From a virus (Duplodnaviria > Caudoviricetes), in the IMG/VR virus record IMGVR_UViG_3300047546_000805, positions 1 to 63,790 of that record: a stretch of 63,790 nt of DNA; one strand, 5' to 3'. Within the stretch, counting starts at the first letter, position 1; the number at the start of each line of letters is the position of its first letter. A program made the position numbers and the translations under genes. The notes under the pieces are model-generated. The model ran no database searches and had not been told where the DNA came from. It saw nothing but the letters and a program-made list of their open reading frames with translations. This document shows, piece by piece, positions 29,601 through 36,631 of the stretch.

Positions 29601-29783
29601 ATATTGACGGGAAGCGGCAAGACCGCTGGAAAACTCTCGTACCAGATCATCTATCCCGCCGCTCTTACCCATCATTGCAAATGACGTGTTGAGGTTCTTA
29701 ACTGCGGCATTAGCGGCATTGACCTGAGCAATCAGGTCTGCGAAGTTTGCGTTTGCTCTAAACTGTACGTCTACTAATGCCAT
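23658..29783 (-). CDS. Tape measure protein with C-terminal NlpC/P60 peptidase
   Basis: 2041 aa; NWGKNTQWAGRQL and TP901-like core; coiled coils; GARYVGVPYSYTG...GCAPFVRWVY...HVGLY...MVHA. Confidence 0.93.
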   Translation of the reverse strand: MALVDVQFRANANFADLIAQVNAANAAVKNLNTSFAMMGKSGGIDDLVREFSSGLAASRQYTTETVRLRNEAEKFGEALHKQRLELRDYHREYRNFVSGRKSMITELARQQTMLERSMVVTRGRDAKGQAIADVITPTGLDNSLATRAAVARKELQIMNKVLNDGATAMINWGKNTQWAGRQLTVGLTVPLTLLGGAAAKLAYDLDKEMTRIVKVYGNTMNTMMGPATVNQLRKDLMGLSGDLAKVYGQSAQETLGLAAEFAAAGKQGDELMQSVTQTTRLATLGEVDRAEAMKATLAIQTAFKSNTEELAESINFLNAVENQTNTTLNDLVEAIPKAGPIVKGLGGDIKELSLLVVAMREGGIPAAEAANALKSGLASLINPTKQAREMLKGYNIDIDAVIANSEGKLLPMITGFQAELDKLDEFSRQKVIEQIFGKYQFARMGALFANLGRDGSQTVEVMKLMGAEAGELASIADRELGALQESISGQFTRALEQVKVELAGIGEGFLQLATKGLNAINWLFEKFDMLPDFVKTGIGGVLTVTAIIGPIIMTTGVLGNLLGYLVKGVAWFKTFGKSGVTAYDHLTKESVAAKLAGETLEKSFYDQAKAVTALDAGINKLIASLTELAGAGKAASTSVSTGAATTAEKAKQAFVGGRGRGLIDEDKLKFSTKSGMGGVEVSHLYPTALTYTGSTDAEKEARTKGDKAVVMSSMLNTGTPEAEFQRGLQTNFAAASIVSLDESMEDIATQRRVMLQAELDKFAARPLQRKETSADRARIVSGLQAKLDAMSNDAMARLLPSKQAFKEVNLKYLAFMQSYANMAEGTFAGDPQQKALVQARAKQYAQEYKLAVKNGVSQMDAYADLMQKVMNDPNSGFREMYTNAIKAYEDILASGGSAEQMLLKLRQQLDALEARARAAVAGVVSGTGLTGVAPGVGNNRGTAQLGVAVPQQQYYQAGLFDEDIVEKLDDAADMQADAAKEQSKAAKTQSVAAVMNVEAETAELGGAAGGAGGGTGVIVGGSGAGEPKRGRFRGLMGNRWVQGAGVAAGVGLMSAGMSGDGALGAAGTVAGGAMTGGMIGSMFAPVIGTAIGAAVGGLASAIPLIISNMQRAQAELASVQEVGETAFDKLGASIKSAKDVALIPFNEGLEKSGSAVAELIESFKNAPEGSVDANFIELLKGENDMGNMRGLLEDKVVELQAAGVEMTKIKEYILAALTASGRGTDAAGLIPDIMNYAEGSAAGNLKNQLKDYLAARKIANEILTLPQSEQQAALAGGDGTPGGLFSDETLEAAKAVYSTMLDISATKAPVDLQKFLNEIGGDLPSLKDVMDTVPESMKGVAQSILDNGGSAELVLKALNLNAQGIALNLDKISANPWYVDVVFRETVGDRAIMDAITAGGTGAFADRMAAINKAYSESTTDTKATNDAAIKAQEDHIDALRKKYDDQIEAEKKKQEALDEAQEAEERRLSRQKTLRDLQVSYNEAISSGNLGAAALIKNEVAYTKAEWAREDKERIADKASESRIEAIEKERDAAIEAEQAKLEAMRANQAAMNDAVTTGTNGRKAQEIKAVEDAKAAWDAIIAEYPGDFEGMAAALKEKGPIFAAAGVNIGDLMKEAIGTATSQGTAQRIFDTVGGNLAKAPWDLVANLAAAKAMGDTQKVISLQKNLDAWVETFDFTDKETQKFQNRAGVSDGGAPSNSPSRYSSGGLATGPGHGTSDDIDAKLSNGEFVMTNASVNYYGKGFMDAINQRKFAAGGLVTGMGRAMMKGVMAGAVDKVAQAYGAMTPDGFGVTNDVGMPGAQSGGGGVTGTGLGAQIAALGARYVGVPYSYTGGSPEDGWGCAPFVRWVYQRFGFNLPGGSVSNSQYNAIKSRPNRNEITAGDLLFFKYANGVNLQNPINHVGLYMGGGNMVHAANKQKGTIISPVDWANYVAAGRPINYDTRKPNYARGGLVGMIEPGEFMVQKEAVQHYGEGFLNAINQQTYHKGGLVTQSGPKHGLASGGGNQYNFTVYGDQKSAKELAREVVALIEQTNKRKRSNR

Positions 29784-29784
29784 A

Positions 29785-30120
29785 TTATTCTTCTACTTCG
29801 TAGCCAAGTCCATGACCAATTCCGAAAAGGTCTCCCGCTTCTCCGACAATTGTGGAATCTGTAATGTCGTCTTCTGATTCCTCTGCGTCCATGTTGATTC
29901 CGACGCTTGCCATTATTATTTTGTGAAGTCTGTTTTCCTTTTCCCGTCCGGCATCTACGATGCCGAGTAGTTCATCGACTGTTAAGTTATCCTCCAACTC
30001 TTCAAAGTTTTTCCATGCTCCGGTGAGCATGACTTCCGACTCGTATTTCAGAAGGTCTAGTTCGAATTCTGACCACTTCTTGCCGCCACTGCTGTCACCA
30101 TCGCCTGATCTGGATTTAAA
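29785..30120 (-). CDS. Tail assembly chaperone, frameshifted C-terminal extension (gpGT-like)
   Basis: -1 frame ORF continuing from the slippery site: FKSRSGDGDSSGGKKWSEFELDL...WKNFEELEDNLT. Confidence 0.75.
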   Translation of the reverse strand, partial: FKSRSGDGDSSGGKKWSEFELDLLKYESEVMLTGAWKNFEELEDNLTVDELLGIVDAGREKENRLHKIIMASVGINMDAEESEDDITDSTIVGEAGDLFGIGHGLGYEVEE

Positions 30121-30398
30121 TCCAGGCCTGCACACACCTTGATGATGTAATTGATTGCCTCTGAATCTAGTGCTTCCTCTAACCACTCAACGTCGTCGGC
30201 CTGCTCGCCAAGTGGCTTACGTAGGCAGATCTGTACCAGTGAAACTAGAAAATCTATTTCTGGTCGCTCGTCCTCGCCCTTTACGTATGCATCCCAGGTT
30301 TCCTGAAAAGCCCTGTAGTTTTTGATGTTTAGCGGACGTAGTTCTACCTTCGTACCGTCCTGTAGTTCAATAGTCTCTTTTGTCGAAACCTTGCTCAT
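30057..30398 (-). CDS. Tail assembly chaperone (gpG-like)
   Basis: Between the major tail and tape measure genes; start at 30398 after AGGAGG; IELQDGTKVELRPLNIK. Confidence 0.82.
   Translation of the reverse strand: MSKVSTKETIELQDGTKVELRPLNIKNYRAFQETWDAYVKGEDERPEIDFLVSLVQICLRKPLGEQADDVEWLEEALDSEAINYIIKVCAGLDLNPDQAMVTAVAARSGQNSN
30114..30120 (-). other. -1 programmed ribosomal frameshift heptamer T TTA AAT
   Basis: X XXY YYZ heptamer in the correct phase (GAT TTA AAT), linking the two chaperone ORFs. Confidence 0.75.
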
Positions 30399-30424
30399 GC
30401 ATTCCTCCTGTTGATCATGCTGAA

Positions 30425-30453
30425 ATTGTATCAAATCGATCCATAAAACGCAA
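30425..30453 (-). promoter_or_regulatory. Promoter (TTGCnT class)
   Basis: TTGCGT-N17-TACAAT. Confidence 0.65.
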
Positions 30454-30476
30454 AAGCCAGCCGCGAAGGGCTGGCT
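30444..30476 (-). terminator. Intrinsic terminator after the major tail gene
   Basis: AGCCAGCC-CTTCGC-GGCTGGCT followed by TTTGCGTTTT. Confidence 0.75.
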
Positions 30477-30492
30477 CAGCGTTGATCAGAGA

Positions 30493-31116
30493 TCAGTACG
30501 AACGGTCGATAATTCTACCGTAAGCGTTCGAGGTTGATGCTAGAGGAAGTAGACGGAAGTTAACCGCAAACTTGGTCTCCTCATTACGACGTAGCGAGTG
30601 AGTTGAAGACTCGACATTCATAACGCGGGCTGTGTAATAAATACGCTCCGTGCTCTTTGCCGGATCTACAGTTGCTCGTGGCGCTCCACCAACAGCGATC
30701 AACGAACGCTCAGGTGGGTACTCACCAAGAACTCCACCCTGAATTTCAAGAGTGGCGTTGTCAGCATCGGTGCGTGTTAGACCTGTGTTCTGGTTGAATG
30801 CCAGGTGCAGGTTCTCTAGTGTTGCCTCGCTCATTGTCGTACGAAGGGAAACCTTCATAGACTGCTTGAACAGAAGAACAGCGTCGAGTGCCTGGTCTAC
30901 AACAACCTCACCGTACTGAGGCTCGTACATAACCTCAAGACCATCAGTTGTGTATCCTACGTCGCGCCAGTCTGATGTCAGACCGGCTAGGGTTGTCTTT
31001 GCGGACACACCTGCTGACCATGTAGGAAGAGGCTCTGCGGCCGTACCATCCTTGGTTGTGCCTACAGAAAGGAAGATCTGAGCGGCACCAACGATGACGT
31101 TTCTAGATGTTGCCAT
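30493..31116 (-). CDS. Major tail protein
   Basis: NVIVGAAQIF...WRDVGYTTDGLEVMYEP...VDQ...EATLENL...FRLLP. Confidence 0.88.
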   Translation of the reverse strand: MATSRNVIVGAAQIFLSVGTTKDGTAAEPLPTWSAGVSAKTTLAGLTSDWRDVGYTTDGLEVMYEPQYGEVVVDQALDAVLLFKQSMKVSLRTTMSEATLENLHLAFNQNTGLTRTDADNATLEIQGGVLGEYPPERSLIAVGGAPRATVDPAKSTERIYYTARVMNVESSTHSLRRNEETKFAVNFRLLPLASTSNAYGRIIDRSY

Positions 31117-31179
31117 GTGATATTTTCACCTACCTTAAGAGTTTTCGTGTGCTGGCTAGGCGCTTTCGTCGTTGCCCAC

Positions 31180-31208
31180 AGCATATCTTCGAAAACATTA
31201 AAATGCAA
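31180..31208 (-). promoter_or_regulatory. Promoter (TTGCnT class)
   Basis: TTGCAT-N17-TATGCT upstream of the major tail gene. Confidence 0.6.
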
Positions 31209-31209
31209 A

Positions 31210-31731
31210 TTAAACGTATAGTCCGTCAGAGTCTTCTATTCTGACGTAGTTATAGCATATTTGGATGCTTGCTGATAACCGCCCGGCCTCGCTCTTAGAC
31301 GGTTCTGCCTCTTCGACCCATTCTACGCTCACCGTCTGGAACCAATACTTACCAGAAATTCCAGAAGTTCTATTCACCTGTTTAGCGGATTCGTCCATTC
31401 TGCGGCATGATTCCTTGATCACGTTGATCATCTGTTTGATCTTATTGAGATCTGGGCCATAGATGACGTAGGTCAGTTCATCTCGCTCGACCCACCATGC
31501 GTCCGATGAACTGGTGCTGTTCTGTGTCGTCAATACATCGAATACGAAGTATGGGTTGTCGTCAAAGGTGTTAGCGATCAGTGGCTCCTCCTGTGCTGGG
31601 GTGAACGGCAGGATCACCCCTCCAGTTATTCCGCTGATATAACTAGAAGATGACAGAACGCCGCTAGCGATCAGTTTATTCCAGACATAGCGGTTGATAT
31701 CTGCACATGCCGAATCTGAGTAATCAGTCAT
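31210..31731 (-). CDS. Tail terminator-like protein
   Basis: Immediately upstream of the major tail gene; size and beta pattern fit. Confidence 0.6.
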   Translation of the reverse strand: MTDYSDSACADINRYVWNKLIASGVLSSSSYISGITGGVILPFTPAQEEPLIANTFDDNPYFVFDVLTTQNSTSSSDAWWVERDELTYVIYGPDLNKIKQMINVIKESCRRMDESAKQVNRTSGISGKYWFQTVSVEWVEEAEPSKSEAGRLSASIQICYNYVRIEDSDGLYV

Positions 31732-32500
31732 CTTCTCTTGTCCATTCCTTCTCTACATTTGTTCTTGCTAGTCCCTTTACAGCCGCCCGGCTCATGCTGG
31801 ACCTGGCTGTGGCTCCGCGAATAGCGGAAGGGATATTCTCTCCTGCGCGCTTAGTAATCCGGGCAGTGGTTTGTAGAGCCCCACTGTCAGACAATTGCTT
31901 TACAGCAAGGCCTGACGAGAAGTATCCGGAGAACGTTCTAGCAAAGGAGTATCTTACGTTTGTTCCGCCGGGATTTCTCACCGTCACCGGCCCCTTGCTG
32001 AACTTGATATTACCCTGCCCAGTAAACTCATACTTAACTGGAATGGCAAGCCAGCGAGCCTGCTTACGACGAACCGTTACAGGAATTCCCTCTTCCATTA
32101 TATATGCCTTGCGACGGAATACCGCAGAGCGCTTTACTGATTTACCAGAAGGCCCTGGGATTGCCAGGCTGGGGTGGATGTCAGCAACTCTTCGGCTGTT
32201 GATGAAGTTGTACTTGATTCTCATTCCGGATGTACCATTCTGTGTCCGGGTCATTCTCCATAGACGGTCGTTCTTGTTTCCGACCCCGCGCCACTCGTAC
32301 ACATGGTGATACTTCGACTTCTCTAGCCGAGCCTTGGCGTCAATGTATTTTCCGAAATTGCGCTCGACATGACGAAAGATCTTGTCGTTGTATCTGCGCA
32401 TGGATTTCTCATCAACGTTGGCGTACCAGAATACATCTAGTTCGTAGTTGAGTGTTCCTGTCACGACTTGATTCAGGTTAGTGTCAATGTCAATCCTCAT
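31724..32500 (-). CDS. Neck / tail-completion protein
   Basis: Basic; YIDAKAR...HHVYEW...F..KAYIMEEG; head-tail position. Confidence 0.6.
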   Translation of the reverse strand: MRIDIDTNLNQVVTGTLNYELDVFWYANVDEKSMRRYNDKIFRHVERNFGKYIDAKARLEKSKYHHVYEWRGVGNKNDRLWRMTRTQNGTSGMRIKYNFINSRRVADIHPSLAIPGPSGKSVKRSAVFRRKAYIMEEGIPVTVRRKQARWLAIPVKYEFTGQGNIKFSKGPVTVRNPGGTNVRYSFARTFSGYFSSGLAVKQLSDSGALQTTARITKRAGENIPSAIRGATARSSMSRAAVKGLARTNVEKEWTREDD

Positions 32501-32912
32501 CTTGGATTTCCACCCGCTTCGCCATAACCTGATACTCCAGAACTCGACCGAACGGATCTAGAATTGGCTTACAGCCCTGTACCTCGAAAACCATGCTTCT
32601 ATCTGGGCGCTCGCCCTGCGGCCATAGAATCTGACCATCGGCACCACGAATATTCGAGATCCGGAGACGCTTCGACAGGAACTTACCAACCTTAATGTTG
32701 ATTAGTTCGTACTCGGTAAACTCGTCAGCAAAACGCTTTCCAGAAGCAACATCGGATGCGGAATCGGTAAGGATGGACTCAGCATAGCAACTGATGGTTT
32801 CACAAACAGAATACTCGCGCTTCAACTGGAAGGTTTTTGGATCCTGTGTCACGGTCGCCTCAAGAATGTCTGCTGTCATTCTGTAATTGGCAGATGTTAG
32901 GCAGCCGTACAT
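32490..32912 (-). CDS. Head-to-tail stopper
   Basis: Position; FEVQG..PILDPFG. Confidence 0.65.
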   Translation of the reverse strand: MYGCLTSANYRMTADILEATVTQDPKTFQLKREYSVCETISCYAESILTDSASDVASGKRFADEFTEYELINIKVGKFLSKRLRISNIRGADGQILWPQGERPDRSMVFEVQGCKPILDPFGRVLEYQVMAKRVEIQDED

Positions 32913-33839
32913 TTATACCACCCAGGCGTCGAAAACTTTGTACTTCTCTAGAAGGGTGTTCGCTGCTGCATTTCCGGTCCCGGCATAGGCGCGGTCATCA
33001 AAACTGAACTTCCAGTCCTTGACCTGAATGTGGTTGATGTAGCGGTTGCGGTAGACCGAATCCTGGCATAGTAGATCGTAGATGATGTAGTACATTGCCT
33101 CTTTAACATCGGAAGGAACAAATAGGGAGCCGAACTCGCCGTATACATCATACCTGTATCCGTAACGGAAACTGCCATATGAGTATACGAGTGATGGTCG
33201 CTCTTCCTCGGTGTAGTCGATTCCCGGCTCAGATATTCTCAATCCAAAGCCTGAGTTGGACGCCTTAAAGGTAACGCCCCACTCGTTAATGTCGTCGTCA
33301 ACGTCATAAATCAGTGTGTCATTCTCGTAGATCTTTTTGAGGGTGATCAGTGGTTCTGGGAGGGTGAGCACGTCTACCTGCTGGCCCACCCCACTCTTTG
33401 TCTCGTATGCTCTACCGAAAGAACTATTTGTGAACCTATCCACGTATGCTCGGGCCACCTTTTCAGCGGCAACAATTCTATCCAATGGCTGATATCCAGG
33501 GTCAGATGATGAAGTGAACTGGTATCCAAGCCTGGAGCAAATTTCTGATGGTGTCAAGTAGGGGGTCACTACCTCGTGGTAGTCAGTAATGGTATAGGCG
33601 TCTCCGCCAGTATCAATTGTCCAGACAACCCTTACCAGGGACTCAGCGAATGTCTCCTCCACTGGAATCTCTGCGGTCCAGGTCTCTGTTGTCGCTGGCG
33701 CAGTTGGGTTCTTCTGCGAAACAACTAGTGGTAATTGTGTACCGTCCGCCCGCACCAAAATCGCGGTCGGGTCTACAGAGGTCGGCTGACCAATATTAAT
33801 AGATACAGATGTCTCTGTATTCACATAGATTTCACTCAC
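32913..33839 (-). CDS. Head-to-tail adaptor
   Basis: VVTPY...AEKVARAYVDRFT...VPSDVKEA...GTGN..A..LL..Y. Confidence 0.7.
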   Translation of the reverse strand: MSEIYVNTETSVSINIGQPTSVDPTAILVRADGTQLPLVVSQKNPTAPATTETWTAEIPVEETFAESLVRVVWTIDTGGDAYTITDYHEVVTPYLTPSEICSRLGYQFTSSSDPGYQPLDRIVAAEKVARAYVDRFTNSSFGRAYETKSGVGQQVDVLTLPEPLITLKKIYENDTLIYDVDDDINEWGVTFKASNSGFGLRISEPGIDYTEEERPSLVYSYGSFRYGYRYDVYGEFGSLFVPSDVKEAMYYIIYDLLCQDSVYRNRYINHIQVKDWKFSFDDRAYAGTGNAAANTLLEKYKVFDAWVV

Positions 33840-33855
33840 AGGCCAGCCGCCCCCA

Positions 33856-34281
33856 TCATGCGTAGTAGTCTCTCAATTCCTTCGGAGTGGCTAGTCTAAA
33901 ACCGAACTCCTCAAGGATCAGGTCTGCGTCATCTGCGGCAACAATCTGGTATGGGTGCTCGTAGGTGAAGGTATAAACTGCTCCACTATCTCCGTATGCG
34001 TCCCAGCGACGGTTATTGCGCGTCATCTTGATAACGTATGTCTCGCCACTCAAGTTAGGCTTTTGGCTCTGGACGGTACGCTGAGGGGCAACTACTGCCT
34101 CTGCCTCTGCCTCCGGCTCGGGATCTGGGAAGACGTGCTCCTTCACCATCCCTAGCGTAATACCGTTAGCGTCTAGTTCGTCCAAGATTTCTGCCTTCTT
34201 GGTCAGGCTACCAAGGTCTACGCCAAGTTCCTCAGCGATGATCTTGAGTTCATTTACCTTGTAATTCTCTAGTTCAGACAT
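33856..34281 (-). CDS. Protein with a Rho N-terminal/HeH-like domain
   Basis: LENYKVNELKIIAEELGVDL..LTKKAEILDEL; ends FRLATPKELRDYY. Confidence 0.65.
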   Translation of the reverse strand: MSELENYKVNELKIIAEELGVDLGSLTKKAEILDELDANGITLGMVKEHVFPDPEPEAEAEAVVAPQRTVQSQKPNLSGETYVIKMTRNNRRWDAYGDSGAVYTFTYEHPYQIVAADDADLILEEFGFRLATPKELRDYYA

Positions 34282-34307
34282 GTGATTCCTCTCGTCTAGT
34301 CCTGACG

Positions 34308-34336
34308 ATTATAGCAAACGCCAGAATAAAAAGCAA
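34308..34336 (-). promoter_or_regulatory. Promoter (TTGCnT class)
   Basis: TTGCTT-N17-TATAAT with TG extension. Confidence 0.75.
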
Positions 34337-34361
34337 GGGGGCCGGTTTGACCCGGCCCCCT
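34327..34361 (-). terminator. Intrinsic terminator after the major capsid gene
   Basis: AGGGGGCCGG-GTCAAA-CCGGCCCCCT followed by TGCTTTTT. Confidence 0.8.
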
Positions 34362-34380
34362 ACACTTGTGGTGCGTTAGA

Positions 34381-35355
34381 TCAGACGCTTACCTTAACGT
34401 CCTTCACGATCACGAATGCGTCTGCATTCTCGATCTGTACACCTACGCGAACGTAGGCAACGAATTCAGTTGTGTCCTTCTTCATTGCGAAGTCGGAGTA
34501 AACCTTGACCTCTCGCTTGATTCCCCAGATACGGTTGTCTGGGAATGTCAGTTCTACGTGACCGTGGTCACCTGTAGCGCCGGAGTATGTACCGTCAAGA
34601 GTTTCATCGAATAGAGGAACCTCCTTGACTGGAATACCGAACGCGTATGGACGGATAGATCCACCAGGAGCCGCTGGGTTACCGCTAAGGACAGCCTCAG
34701 CGATAGACTCAGGAGCCGTAGAAATGTCAGTCAACTTGTACAGCCAATCCTGCTGTAGGTTGGATCCGGTGTAGAAGCGCAACTGGTTGCGGCGCTGTAG
34801 GTACTTGCGAGGCATAGCCTTGATGGCCTTGTTGAAGATGGCCTTGTCAAGCGCTGCACCTGCACCAGCAACTACGTGTCCGTTTGTCAGAGCCAGTTTC
34901 TTGAAGCCATCGAATGCTCCAAGTAGCGGGTCAACGGATGTGTCATCACCGTTAATAGCCAGATCCTCAATGTCGTTACCGAACTGAGTAGCCATTAGGC
35001 GGGCGATGTGATCCTGAATACCAGACTCTAGCGCATCCTCAACAGACTCGGTGGAAACCTCCCAGTCTAGACGAAGTTTCTTTGTTGTGATAGAAATCTT
35101 CGTGAACGTTGGGATCGCGTTAACACCGTCGTCAACTGCCTCTGTAGCCTGGCGTGCTAGACGCTGGCCTACGGCAACCTTGTCGATGTCAACTGTGTCA
35201 GCCTTCATTCTCTTTACGAAACCTTCCTGTGCAAGAACGGTAGCGTCCCAGATGTAGTCGATGAAGCGGTCAGACTGCTCTGCGTTTAGCAGACCACCAC
35301 CACCCGCGCCAACTACGCTGGTTGTTGTTACCTTCTCAAGAAGTTCATTGCTCAT
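34381..35355 (-). CDS. Major capsid protein (HK97 fold)
   Basis: GGGLLNAEQSDRFIDY...KLRLDWEVSTESVED...FGNDIEDLAINGD; follows the protease; followed by a terminator. Confidence 0.92.
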   Translation of the reverse strand: MSNELLEKVTTTSVVGAGGGGLLNAEQSDRFIDYIWDATVLAQEGFVKRMKADTVDIDKVAVGQRLARQATEAVDDGVNAIPTFTKISITTKKLRLDWEVSTESVEDALESGIQDHIARLMATQFGNDIEDLAINGDDTSVDPLLGAFDGFKKLALTNGHVVAGAGAALDKAIFNKAIKAMPRKYLQRRNQLRFYTGSNLQQDWLYKLTDISTAPESIAEAVLSGNPAAPGGSIRPYAFGIPVKEVPLFDETLDGTYSGATGDHGHVELTFPDNRIWGIKREVKVYSDFAMKKDTTEFVAYVRVGVQIENADAFVIVKDVKVSV

Positions 35356-35392
35356 TTGTTGTTTTCACCTACCTTTTCTTTGATTACATCTT

Positions 35393-35830
35393 TCAGCGAA
35401 CGACGAAAGAACTGCCCCAGATGTTGTTGTTATTTTTTGGTTCTGCATCCCCGCCAAGGTCAGCAGACTTCTTTACAGCAGATGATTCGTCAATTTCCTT
35501 GAGAGACTTCTGTGTGCTCTCAACTTCATCTGCTACGGTCTTTAGGTTCTCGGCTACCGCCTCGAACTTCTCATTGACAGACTTAGCAAACTCGGCCAAC
35601 TGGTCGGCGGTTGCTGCTGCTGTCTCTGCTAGTTTTTCGTTGAATGTCTTTAGTAGAGACTCGCTAATCTCGCTAAGCGCCTTTTCCAGGTCAAATTCTG
35701 GCTCTACTGTTTCTTCGACGGTGGCAGCCTTCTCAGTTACTTCCTCTGCTACAGGCTCTTCAACCGTCTCGGCCTCAGCCTCTACGGTCTCCTCAACCAC
35801 GTCTTCTACAACTACTGTTTCTTCAGACAC
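35393..35830 (-). CDS. Nested in-frame scaffolding protein (internal start)
   Basis: AAGGAGGT-N6-GTG, in frame at the start of the acidic domain. Confidence 0.6.
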   Translation of the reverse strand: MSEETVVVEDVVEETVEAEAETVEEPVAEEVTEKAATVEETVEPEFDLEKALSEISESLLKTFNEKLAETAAATADQLAEFAKSVNEKFEAVAENLKTVADEVESTQKSLKEIDESSAVKKSADLGGDAEPKNNNNIWGSSFVVR

Positions 35831-36592
35831 TTCATTACCTCCTTCGCTGTGGGCTTCCCCTGTAAGTTCACCCTTATGGTTCTTTATTAGTGCTCCAACA
35901 GTTTCCGCCTTTTCAGCGTCAGTACGCTCAACCCATCCAATGCTCTCCATTTCAGAGGAGCATACTGGGCAGGAGGCGCTGTCAGAATCTTTAGTTACGG
36001 CAATTTCATCCTTGCCGCACCAAAAAACGCTCTCGGTCTCAATTTCAGAGACCATTCCCTTCATTGCCATCCCTCCGTCTACCTTGACGATGGATAGAAT
36101 ATTCGCCAGTTGATTCGCTGGGTTGTCAACCACGGATAGTTCGATCAGCGAATACTTGGTGATGACTCTGATGGTCTTGTCGGCTGACTTATCGAATACA
36201 TTATCGGCTTCGTGAATCTCTCCACCGATAGAAAACCCTGATAGTGTGCCGTCTAGAACCTTTTCCCATGTATCTGCCGCGCCCTTGCTGATGTACGCCG
36301 TAACGAAGATTCCGCTGTACATCTTCTCGTCAACCGGGTCATACATTTCCTCTACTGAGAAAGCAAGAACTCTACCGACAGCCTTAGCCTGGTGCATCTC
36401 TCTAAGATTTCCGCGGAACTCCTGAAATGCTTCCAGGCTGGCCTGTGTCGAAACAACATCTCCCTGCTTGTCGATATTGTCAAGCGTCGCAAATCCTGAA
36501 ATTGTTCGGGACTCGCGGTCAACCTTAACAATAGGGACGGCAAAGCGGAGATTGCTTCCGTCTAGGTCAAAGTGTGCTTTCTCGAATATCAT
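35393..36592 (-). CDS. Prohead protease fused to scaffolding domain
   Basis: GFATLDNIDKQGD, REMH, W..V.DGTLSGFSIGG, ELSVVDNPAN; acidic coiled-coil C-terminus. Confidence 0.88.
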   Translation of the reverse strand: MIFEKAHFDLDGSNLRFAVPIVKVDRESRTISGFATLDNIDKQGDVVSTQASLEAFQEFRGNLREMHQAKAVGRVLAFSVEEMYDPVDEKMYSGIFVTAYISKGAADTWEKVLDGTLSGFSIGGEIHEADNVFDKSADKTIRVITKYSLIELSVVDNPANQLANILSIVKVDGGMAMKGMVSEIETESVFWCGKDEIAVTKDSDSASCPVCSSEMESIGWVERTDAEKAETVGALIKNHKGELTGEAHSEGGNEVSEETVVVEDVVEETVEAEAETVEEPVAEEVTEKAATVEETVEPEFDLEKALSEISESLLKTFNEKLAETAAATADQLAEFAKSVNEKFEAVAENLKTVADEVESTQKSLKEIDESSAVKKSADLGGDAEPKNNNNIWGSSFVVR

Positions 36593-36601
36593 AGTGTTTT
36601 G

Positions 36602-36630
36602 ATAATAATTGTATTTATCTTAAAATGCAA
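36602..36630 (-). promoter_or_regulatory. Promoter (TTGCnT class), near-leaderless
   Basis: TTGCAT-N17-TATTAT, 9 nt before the protease ATG; no RBS. Confidence 0.6.
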
Positions 36631-36631
36631 A

